A stretch of 12,205 nt of DNA, taken from NCBI GenBank assembly GCA_015522685.1, contig WALU01000024.1, forward strand, positions 1 through 12,205. Reading direction: 5' to 3'. A model generated the notes under the pieces. The model saw only the letters and a program-made list of their open reading frames with translations, was not told the DNA's origin and searched no databases. The position numbers and the translations under genes were made by a program. Positions within the stretch are counted from its first letter, which is position 1, and each line of letters opens with the position of its first letter. Below, piece after piece: positions 1 through 6,930 of this stretch. Source of the stretch: Thermoproteota archaeon (lineage in GTDB: Archaea > Korarchaeota > Korarchaeia > Korarchaeales > Korarchaeaceae).

Positions 1-641
1 AATCCACCCTGCTTAGATTACTGAACGGCCTCATACCTCATTTCTATAGAGGAGAAATGAAGGGAAGGGTTCTGGTTGATGGTATTGATACAAAAGAAGC
101 GAGCGTAGCGCAGCTAGCTAGGAAAGTGGGGTTGGTATTTCAGAATCCTGAGCACATGTTCTTCTCAGATACGGTATATGAAGAGGTTTCTTTTGGCCCT
201 CAATCATTAGGAATAAGCTCTGATGAGATAAAGGGTTTGGTAAGACAAGCATTAGAAAGTGTAGGCCTGTGGGAGCTGAGAGATAGGATCCCTTGGTCAT
301 TAAGTGGAGGCGAGATGAAGAGATTATCTATAGCTTGCATATTAGCAATGAGGACAGAATTTTTAGCGATTGATGAACCGACAATAGGACAGGATAGCCT
401 CTCTAAGGAATCGCTAATTCAAATATCTAAGAGAATTAGAGATGAAGGAAGAGGTGTTATTATAGTCACTCATGACTTAGAGTGGCTAGAGGAGTTAGAG
501 CCTGATGCTCTCTTCGTTTTAAGGCAGGGATCTATTATAAGTAGAGGAAAACCTGTGGAGGTTTTTTCTAATATAAGGAAACTTGCTACCAATGGTTTGA
601 TACCTCCCTACAAGTATATTATTAGATCTTTAGTAGGGTGA
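1..641 (+). CDS. ecfA: ECF transporter ATP-binding protein (EcfA/CbiO-like), 5'-truncated by the window
   Basis: The frame is open upstream of the ATG at 57 and reads STLLRLLNGLIPHFY from base 3, i.e. just after Walker A. Q-loop VFQNPE, signature LSGGE, Walker B AIDEP and H-loop VTHD are present. Directly upstream of EcfT. Confidence 0.92.
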   Translation, partial: STLLRLLNGLIPHFYRGEMKGRVLVDGIDTKEASVAQLARKVGLVFQNPEHMFFSDTVYEEVSFGPQSLGISSDEIKGLVRQALESVGLWELRDRIPWSLSGGEMKRLSIACILAMRTEFLAIDEPTIGQDSLSKESLIQISKRIRDEGRGVIIVTHDLEWLEELEPDALFVLRQGSIISRGKPVEVFSNIRKLATNGLIPPYKYIIRSLVG

Positions 642-647
642 TTTGAA

Positions 648-1412
648 GTGATAGACCCTCTAGCCATGATAGATATTTTTAGGACGCAAGTTGGAGAGAC
701 TTCATACTCCCGCCTTAATCCACTGACGAAGTTTCTAATGTTTATGATCTTTATAGCGCTTCCTTTGGTAAGCTCCTCTTTGATTATTCAGATATTCTCA
801 TTAGTAGCCCAGATACCTTTAATCTTATTATCTAGATCAGAGAGTAGAATAAAGAGATCTCTAAAGGCCTCTCTCGTATTCATTCTTCTTTTGGTTTTGT
901 TAAATTATATAACAACGAGAAGCCTTGATTTTAGCTTAGCGATGGTTTTGAGGTTGATAAGTATGATTGTATCCTCTGCAATATTCATGGCTGGCACAAG
1001 TCCTGCCGAGATTGGAGATCTCCTTATAAAATTGAAGGTTCCATTACAAATAACTTTCTCTTTTATAATAGCTCTTAGGTTCATACCAGTACTGGCCGAT
1101 GATGTTGTGATGATAGCTACATCGCAAGCTAGTAGAGGATATGAAGTTGAAAAGGGTAGTTTCTTTGAGAGAGTAAAGAGATTAGTACCAGTATTGATAC
1201 CTATGATAATAATAGCTATTAGGAGAGGACATCAGTTAGCTGAAGCCTTGGAAACGAAAGCTTTTGGTGCTTTAGGAAAGAGAAGTAGTTATGCTATTTA
1301 TGAGTATAGCTGGAGAGATTGTATTGTAGTTCTATATTCTATAAGCATCTTCTTATTAAGTATATTTATATCACTCTGGGCATCATTTCTACTCCTTCAA
1401 TTCCATCTCTAG
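648..1412 (+). CDS. ecfT: ECF transporter transmembrane component T (EcfT/CbiQ)
   Basis: Hydrophobic 254 aa, GTG start. Contains LNPLTK, ALRFIP, QASRG and LAEALETKAF, matching the EcfT coupling-helix motifs. Starts 6 nt after the ATPase stop. Confidence 0.9.
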   Translation: MIDPLAMIDIFRTQVGETSYSRLNPLTKFLMFMIFIALPLVSSSLIIQIFSLVAQIPLILLSRSESRIKRSLKASLVFILLLVLLNYITTRSLDFSLAMVLRLISMIVSSAIFMAGTSPAEIGDLLIKLKVPLQITFSFIIALRFIPVLADDVVMIATSQASRGYEVEKGSFFERVKRLVPVLIPMIIIAIRRGHQLAEALETKAFGALGKRSSYAIYEYSWRDCIVVLYSISIFLLSIFISLWASFLLLQFHL

Positions 1413-1418
1413 AAAGCG

Positions 1419-1444
1419 GACTAGAAAGTGATATTTTTCTAGTC
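1419..1444. repeat. 9-bp inverted repeat GACTAGAAA-N8-TTTCTAGTC
   Basis: Arms at 1419-1427 and 1436-1444, just after the ecfT stop. Includes a T-run, so it could also serve as a terminator. Confidence 0.75.
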
Positions 1445-1457
1445 TAGAGGCAGTGAT

Positions 1458-1522
1458 ATAGAGATGAAGGAGTGGAAATTGTATAGTGTCTCTATGCAAT
1501 AGAGATGAAGGAGTGGAAATTG
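1458..1522 (+). repeat. Perfect 24-bp direct repeat ATAGAGATGAAGGAGTGGAAATTG x2 (1458-1481, 1499-1522), 17-bp spacer
   Basis: Read directly from the sequence; 41-bp period. Confidence 0.95.
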
Positions 1523-1589
1523 CTTACATGTGGATATAATACCTTTCATATTAACTCTATCATATGACATTATTATTAGAAGACTTCTC

Positions 1590-1614
1590 TTATAAACAGA
1601 CAATAGGTTTAAAT
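1590..1614 (+). promoter_or_regulatory. Candidate TATA boxes for cdc6 (TTATAAA 1590-1596; TTTAAAT 1608-1614)
   Basis: Archaeal TATA-like motifs about 45-70 nt upstream of ATG 1660. SD-like GGAGGGG precedes that ATG. Confidence 0.4.
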
Positions 1615-1659
1615 CCCAGATGTTCTACGTCATATTCAGGTCCAAGTGGAGGGGAATGT

Positions 1660-2844
1660 ATGTCACTTAATGAGACGTTTGTTGATACCTCTTATATTTC
1701 CTACTCTATAATCAAAGATAAACGGGTTCTTCGAGATTCTTATATACCAGATAATCTTCCAGGGAGAGAAGAACAAATATTTCAATTTTCTAGGATACTC
1801 TCCGATTTACTCACAGATCAACCTCCTAGCGATACGGCCTTTATAGGTAAACCGGGCACTGGTAAAACTGCAGTAGTGAAGCATGTGATAAAGAAATATA
1901 GAAATGAATATCCAAATTTAAGAGCTAGATTCGCTTATATTAATTGCAGCCAAGCAACTACAGCTTATAGAGTTTTATATCAACTTAATAGAGCTATGCA
2001 GGTTCTGGTTCCACCATCAGGGTATCCCTTTGATGTCTTATGGGATAAATTCGTCGATGCTTATACATCTTCACACTCAAGGCTCATAATAATACTTGAT
2101 GAAGTTGATCTCCTAGTTAGAAGGGATGGAGGCCGCCTCCTCTATGCCCTTACTAGACTTAATTATGATTTACCTAAGGAGCTCAGCATAAGCTTAGTGG
2201 TTATCAGCAACACATTAGATTTCTTAGAAAGGCTTGGTCCTAGAGAAAGAAGTAGCTTTGAGCCTAATAGGCTTCAATTCCCTCCATATAATCAACCTCA
2301 ACTTTATCAGATACTCAGGCAGAGAGCTGACCTTGGCTTAAAAGTCGGTACTTGGGAAGATGAAACTCTACAATATATCGCCGCTAAAGTTTCCCAAGAG
2401 TCTGGAGATGCTAGAAGAGCGATAGATGTTCTCAGGATGGCTGCTGAGCTAACTGAGAGTGAAAGAGCTGATAAACTTAGAGTGAATTATGCTGAAAGGG
2501 CAATAGATACTGTAAACGAAGAAGAAGTCTCTATAACTATAAGAACCCTTCCTTTACACCATAGACTTATCCTAGCGGCAATAATTGATGTTTTAGAGAG
2601 AGCAGGCGTAAGGCCGGGGACAGGAACTATCTATAATACATATAAAAAAAGAGCTTCTTCATATGGCGTGAAGCCTCTTACAATGAGAAGGGTGAGTAGT
2701 ATCTTAAGAGAGCTTGAATCCCAGGGATTGGTGGAAATAAGAATGGAATATGGAGGAGCAAGAGGTAATACGAAAATAGTAGAGAGAACAACTCTCCCTA
2801 TAAAACAGATGAGATCTCTATTAGCTCAGATGGGCATAAATTAA
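1660..2844 (+). CDS. cdc6: Orc1/Cdc6 replication initiator (394 aa from ATG 1660)
   Basis: N-terminal YIPDNLPGREEQI, Walker A GKPGTGKT, YINC, Walker B IIILDEVD, sensor-2 GDARRAI and a C-terminal winged helix. Start moved from 1564 to 1660 because of the SD-like GGAGGGG and typical family length. Confidence 0.95.
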   Translation: MSLNETFVDTSYISYSIIKDKRVLRDSYIPDNLPGREEQIFQFSRILSDLLTDQPPSDTAFIGKPGTGKTAVVKHVIKKYRNEYPNLRARFAYINCSQATTAYRVLYQLNRAMQVLVPPSGYPFDVLWDKFVDAYTSSHSRLIIILDEVDLLVRRDGGRLLYALTRLNYDLPKELSISLVVISNTLDFLERLGPRERSSFEPNRLQFPPYNQPQLYQILRQRADLGLKVGTWEDETLQYIAAKVSQESGDARRAIDVLRMAAELTESERADKLRVNYAERAIDTVNEEEVSITIRTLPLHHRLILAAIIDVLERAGVRPGTGTIYNTYKKRASSYGVKPLTMRRVSSILRELESQGLVEIRMEYGGARGNTKIVERTTLPIKQMRSLLAQMGIN

Positions 2845-4289
2845 GCAAAATTCTCTATTTTCACTTTTAAACTCCCCAAATCAACAACAGGAACCTTTCC
2901 AACAGTTACCTCTATTCCTAAACTCTTTATATATGGAGTTTCATTCTCAAATGTTCCCGAATTAACTAGCTTAACTCCTTTATACTCTCCTAGGCCATAG
3001 ACGTGTATATGTCCTGTATGCAGTATGTGAGGAACTTCATCTATGAGAAGCCAATCCTTCTTTTCAGGAGATACTGGATGCTCTCCATAAATGGGAGCTA
3101 AATGTCTAAGCTTAAGCATCCAAGTCATTGCCTCAACCACAGTTTCTGGCCTTATTGGTTGAAGACCGGGAATATGCTTGAAAATAGCGTTTAGACTTCT
3201 ACCATGATATAACAATATCCTGACGTCACCTATCCCAATCATCGATGGATTAGGGAGGGAAATTAGGTCAGGTCTAACCTCTAATAATTCATCTAAGTAC
3301 TCACTCGGGATAATTGGTTGAGGCTCAGCCTGCCTAACTGGTTCATGGTTCCCTGGTATATATATCACCTTCATGCTCTTAGGTACGCGCTCTAGAAAAG
3401 TAGCAGCAAACCCGAACTGTTTGTATACATCTTTTATCTTTAGTTCATCCTCTTGGCTAGGATAAACACCAATTCCATCGACTAAATCCCCACATATTAT
3501 TATATAGCGGACATCCGAAACTGAATCGCTATTTAACCACTTGATAAACATATCAAAGGATTTTTCATTAAAATATTTACTCCCTATATGAGTATCACTA
3601 ATCAGCACTGCTTTTCCTTTAACTGATCCTGGCTTCACTAAACTTCCCTCAAGATCAGGAATTCTGAGGCTCTCTGCATATACCCTCCCATTTAGAAAAG
3701 TACCTTTCACTGCAAGCACGCTATCTAGTGGTATCTTATCAGCTTTATCCCAATACCTGCCATTCTTCTTGAATATTACTGGTATAGATCCCGTCTCATC
3801 ATCTAGTACCATTCTAATCGAGAAATCTCTGAATACTCTCTTCTCCATTACCATACCAATTATTAGGATGCGATCTCCATTCCTTCTCGTGGATACCTTT
3901 AGATCAGCTATAGGTATGGGATCTATCTCACTCTTCCTAATTAGAATTGACTTAAGGAACTCAAATCTATTTCTGACCATATCCACAAATTCATCGACAG
4001 TTCCCTTTACACCTAGTTCTCTTGGTGCCTTTATAACTGATATATTATTGATCCTAGATGGAATACTATACTGCTTCTCTCTGAAGCTCTGTTTCGCCTT
4101 ATCCTCAATTAGAGGAATTACATCCTCTGGCCTGATGACAGTCTTATTTACCTTCGAGAGCAATTCAAGCACCTCGTTCAATCTCTTCTCATCTAGATCG
4201 CTTAAGAGCTCTAGAGCCTCTGGAGAGACATTAAAACCCTTTACTAGCAGTTTTTTTAGGACTTTTACCTGCTGCGGCATCCTAGTCAA
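2841..4289 (-). CDS. polB: DNA polymerase D small subunit DP1 (proofreading 3'-5' exonuclease)
   Basis: OB fold (IGMVMEKR...LDDETG) and calcineurin-like phosphoesterase motifs SDTHIG, GDLVDG, GNHE, YHG, TGHIH. TTG start at 4289 with SD-like GGAGGAG, alternative ATG at 4280. Stop overlaps the cdc6 stop (TTAA, 2841-2844). polB here means archaeal pol II small subunit. Confidence 0.95.
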   Translation of the reverse strand: MTRMPQQVKVLKKLLVKGFNVSPEALELLSDLDEKRLNEVLELLSKVNKTVIRPEDVIPLIEDKAKQSFREKQYSIPSRINNISVIKAPRELGVKGTVDEFVDMVRNRFEFLKSILIRKSEIDPIPIADLKVSTRRNGDRILIIGMVMEKRVFRDFSIRMVLDDETGSIPVIFKKNGRYWDKADKIPLDSVLAVKGTFLNGRVYAESLRIPDLEGSLVKPGSVKGKAVLISDTHIGSKYFNEKSFDMFIKWLNSDSVSDVRYIIICGDLVDGIGVYPSQEDELKIKDVYKQFGFAATFLERVPKSMKVIYIPGNHEPVRQAEPQPIIPSEYLDELLEVRPDLISLPNPSMIGIGDVRILLYHGRSLNAIFKHIPGLQPIRPETVVEAMTWMLKLRHLAPIYGEHPVSPEKKDWLLIDEVPHILHTGHIHVYGLGEYKGVKLVNSGTFENETPYIKSLGIEVTVGKVPVVDLGSLKVKIENFA

Positions 4290-4340
4290 TCACTCCTCCT
4301 TCTACTAAATGCATTTTGAGAATTTATTCAACTTTTCGAA

Positions 4341-4360
4341 TAGATATAACACTTATAAGC
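4341..4360. promoter_or_regulatory. Back-to-back divergent TATA boxes for DP1 (-) and the recombinase (+)
   Basis: TTATATCT on the minus strand (4342-4349) and palindromic CTTATAAG (4352-4359), the latter 22 nt before ATG 4382, consistent with a leaderless mRNA. Confidence 0.5.
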
Positions 4361-4381
4361 TAAGAGACCTCAGCGCATAAA

Positions 4382-5554
4382 ATGGGAAAATCAACACATA
4401 AGCGAAGGGAGGAGCAAGTAAGAAAGTTTATGAATAAGCTTCCTACTAATTTGAAAAATGCTCTTTCCAAGTTCTTCTTCAAGAGAAGATTAAACAAACC
4501 AACGAGTAAGTACACTTACCTCTCAGGCCTGAGAGCCTTCTTGAAGGATATGGAAAAGAATCCTCTAGAAGCAACTGAAGATGATTACAAGGAATTCTAC
4601 GAGAAGCTAGTGGCTAATGGAATGGCTGAAGGAACCATAAATTTATACATGAGCTATACAAAGACCTTCTTCTCTTGGTATAAGCCTCAGGATAACCCTC
4701 TTCATTGGTGGAAATCAAGGGGTAGGAAAAGAAGAGATAGCCTGAAGGATAAGATCCTGAGTGCTGAGGAAGTTGATGCCTTGGTTAAGGCCGCTAAAAG
4801 CGCTAAGGTCAAGGCTGTAATAGCTGTGTTATATGAGGGAGGGCTCAGAGTTGGGGAGCTATGTTCACTAAGGATAAGAGACATGGAGAAAACGAGATAT
4901 GGCTATAAGATCAGGGTCAATGGGAAGACTGGAGAGAGAGCAATTCCGCTAGTAGATTCAGCTACTTACCTCAGGGAATGGCTACTCGTTCATCCAGATC
5001 CCAGCGATCCCGATGCTCCCCTTTTCTGTAGGATAGCGGCGGGCGGTAAGATAGAAAGGATGAGCGAAGTTTCAATCTGGTCGGCGATTCGTAGAACAGC
5101 GAAGAAGGCTGGCATAAAGAAGAGAGTATACCCTCACATGCTTCGCCATACGAGGTTAACTGACCTAGCGCCTAAAGTGACTGAGCAGGTGCTCAAATCT
5201 ATTGCTGGATGGACCCCAGACTCTGATATGGCTTCAGCTTACGTTCATCTCAGTGGAAGGGATGCTGAAAGGTCATTATTGGAAGTTTATGGTATTAAAG
5301 AAGATGAAAAAGAGAGCAAAGAGAAGATTCAATCACTAAAGCCAGTGGTATGTCCAAATTGCGGGTACGTTAACCCAAAGGAGGCCAAGTTCTGCCTGAT
5401 GTGTGGCTATCCACTGGACAAGGGTGTTGATAAAGAAAGTAAGGGGGTTAAGGAATCTGTGGGTGGTATGCTTGAGGCAATTCTGAGGGACCCGAAGTTC
5501 AAGAAGGCCTTGATAAGGAAGCTGAAGAAATTGGCCGATGAGGAAGGAGTATAG
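4382..5554 (+). CDS. Tyrosine recombinase/integrase with C-terminal zinc ribbon
   Basis: Catalytic residues present: R (GLRVGEL), K (NGKTG), HxxR (HMLRH), W (IAGW), Y (SAYVH). N-terminal core-binding domain and C-terminal CPNC-x10-CLMC. Confidence 0.93.
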   Translation: MGKSTHKRREEQVRKFMNKLPTNLKNALSKFFFKRRLNKPTSKYTYLSGLRAFLKDMEKNPLEATEDDYKEFYEKLVANGMAEGTINLYMSYTKTFFSWYKPQDNPLHWWKSRGRKRRDSLKDKILSAEEVDALVKAAKSAKVKAVIAVLYEGGLRVGELCSLRIRDMEKTRYGYKIRVNGKTGERAIPLVDSATYLREWLLVHPDPSDPDAPLFCRIAAGGKIERMSEVSIWSAIRRTAKKAGIKKRVYPHMLRHTRLTDLAPKVTEQVLKSIAGWTPDSDMASAYVHLSGRDAERSLLEVYGIKEDEKESKEKIQSLKPVVCPNCGYVNPKEAKFCLMCGYPLDKGVDKESKGVKESVGGMLEAILRDPKFKKALIRKLKKLADEEGV

Positions 5555-5801
5555 AAAAGAGTGAGAGGTTTCTCCCTGACTTGACAATCTTGGTAAACTT
5601 AATATGATAAGAAGTGGGAATGATAGCCCCAGTGGCTGATACCAGTAAAATATTGAATTGAATCGGTAAAGGGAGAATAAAGCCTTTAAGTGAAGATATT
5701 CCGAACCCCTTAGCATATGTTTTTGAAAAATCAATTGCACATTTTGATATAAATTAATAAAAAAATTAAATAACATTCATATTTATAAAATTACTTACCT
5801 C

Positions 5802-6374
5802 TTATAACTGAACGCCCGATGCTGGGAGTATCATAGAACCTTCTTCCCCCTTGATTTCCTCTACCCTTCCATCCATATATAGAAGAGCAACTAACAAGCA
5901 TGTTAAAGCATCAATTTCATCTTGATTCTTGGGAGGGCCCTCGCAGAGCTCCCATCTCTTCATAACATTCACTATATCCTCGCTAGATAAACCAAGTGCC
6001 TTCCTTGCAGATGTTGGATGAGTCTCTAAAACAATGATTCCTCTCTCTTCTAAAGTCCTCTTCAGCTTTGTACCCTTCAGAGCCAGCTTTGTCATCGAAG
6101 TCAAGGTAAGAGGTAGGAGTTTATATCCCCTCCTTAGAAGAAGCCTCTCAAAATCTCTGAACGCTCCTTTACTAGGAAGAGAAAGGGGCGCATCTATCGC
6201 CACCAGCTTGGCATGAGAGAGTCTTGATATTAATTCACTGGACTTCGCACGATCTATTTCTATACAATCTGATAACACCGCTATGGTTGATGGCCTAGTT
6301 ACTGCCAGGTCGATGCCAGCCACGAGGTTTCTCTCACGGGTCAAGATATCCAATTTCAGATGAAAGTACTCCAT
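5802..6374 (-). CDS. DUF429-like predicted RNase H-fold nuclease
   Basis: Motifs GIDLA, AIDAPL, ETHP and a C-terminal DA. True start may be TTG at 6353 or 6344. Confidence 0.75.
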   Translation of the reverse strand: MEYFHLKLDILTRERNLVAGIDLAVTRPSTIAVLSDCIEIDRAKSSELISRLSHAKLVAIDAPLSLPSKGAFRDFERLLLRRGYKLLPLTLTSMTKLALKGTKLKRTLEERGIIVLETHPTSARKALGLSSEDIVNVMKRWELCEGPPKNQDEIDALTCLLVALLYMDGRVEEIKGEEGSMILPASGVQL

Positions 6375-6690
6375 GAAAAACTCTTCCGCTTTTAAGTATA
6401 GCTATCTCTACATGGACCATGCCGAGACTTTATGCTAGCCCATTAGTCTTAGATGAATTTTGAGATCCTAAACATACTGGGTTAAATTATGAGGGATTGG
6501 AAGTGAGAAGAATGGCTCGACGAGGAGAGAAAGCTTTGCAAAAACTTACGTTAGGAGATCCGATCTGAATTAATTCATTTTCTAATTCTAATATCGTCCA
6601 TTAAGCTGATCCTTATCCACATCTCTTAATCCTAGAGTCTGTCTTTTTAGTATACCCCTAGTGAACTTAATCATGAAACCTAAAGGTAGG

Positions 6691-6702
6691 CAAGTTTATA
6701 GA
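6691..6702 (+). promoter_or_regulatory. Probable tRNA promoter (TTTATAGA at 6695-6702 with purine-rich upstream element)
   Basis: TATA-like box about 35-40 nt upstream of the mature tRNA 5' end. Confidence 0.5.
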
Positions 6703-6735
6703 TCTATTTGTTAGAAGTGTGAAGGGTAGGGTAGA

Positions 6736-6844
6736 GCCGGGGTACCCTAGCCAGAGGGCTCAAGGCTCGGCGAAGAAAGGGGCCGGACTCGAGATCCGGT
6801 GGCCCTTACAGGCCTCGTGGGTTCGAATCCCACCCCCGGCGCCA
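6736..6844 (+). tRNA. tRNA-Ser(CGA), CCA encoded, with a 20-nt D-loop intron (6755-6774)
   Basis: Acceptor stem GCCGGGG/CCCCGGC, discriminator G plus CCA. D stem CCCT/AGGG. Anticodon arm CCGGA-CTCGAGA-TCCGG (CGA at 6790-6792). Long variable arm. T arm GTGGG-TTCGAAT-CCCAC. Confidence 0.95.
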
Positions 6845-6900
6845 TCTAGATCAATTAAGGTAGCATGAATGAACCGCTTGCTCATAATTAAGTTGATATC

Positions 6901-6925
6901 TATAAAGAAAATTAATCAAAAATTT
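6901..6925 (-). terminator. Possible T-rich archaeal terminator for valS
   Basis: Minus strand reads TTTTTGATTAATTTTCTTT shortly after the valS stop. Confidence 0.35.
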
Positions 6926-6930
6926 TAACG

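Larger units (their letters stand above)
1385..1659. other. Candidate replication origin (oriC) upstream of orc1/cdc6
   Basis: Intergenic region before cdc6 with two identical 24-bp repeats containing AGTGGAAA (ORB core-like), an inverted degenerate copy at 1385-1399, an AT-rich tract (53/70 A+T at 1531-1600) and TCCAAGTGGAGGGG at 1641-1654. Confidence 0.65.

Noticed and set aside
1458-1522. Mini-CRISPR interpretation of the 24-bp repeats
   Set aside because: Only two units, the 17-bp spacer is too short, no cas genes are present, and the position beside cdc6 fits origin boxes better.
1564-1659. 32-aa N-terminal extension of Cdc6 in the ORF track
   Set aside because: It overlaps the AT-rich tract and TATA candidates. 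ATG 1660 has an SD-like sequence and gives the typical length.
3769-4308. 179-aa plus-strand ORF
   Set aside because: Antisense shadow of DP1, Ser/Phe/Leu-rich with no motifs. The same applies to the other short shadow ORFs (118-300, 4702-4884, 6034-6216, 7058-7240, 7823-8020, 8216-8434, 8837-9022, 9591-9794, 10168-10386, 11590-11772).
4382-5554. Naming the recombinase xerA
   Set aside because: It is longer than typical XerA, has AGW rather than LGH, and carries a zinc ribbon.
5604-5640. Possible C/D box sRNA (ATGATAA...ATGATAG...CTGA)
   Set aside because: C boxes are imperfect, the guide regions are too short and there is no clear D' box.
5336-5776. 146-aa minus-strand ORF
   Set aside because: Half overlaps the recombinase antisense, the rest is AT-rich spacer, and no domain is recognisable.
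6613-6621. Perfect bacterial DnaA box TTATCCACA
   Set aside because: Single copy in an archaeal Cdc6-based context; likely chance.
4382-6844. Provirus or island integrated at tRNA-Ser
   Set aside because: By eye I found no duplicated tRNA segment (att) in the window, no split integrase and no viral genes. It cannot be excluded outside the window.
6736-6844. tRNA-Sec or pseudo-tRNA explanation of the enlarged D arm
   Set aside because: The anticodon is CGA with a standard 7/5 stem layout, and BHB-rule excision restores a canonical D-loop exactly.
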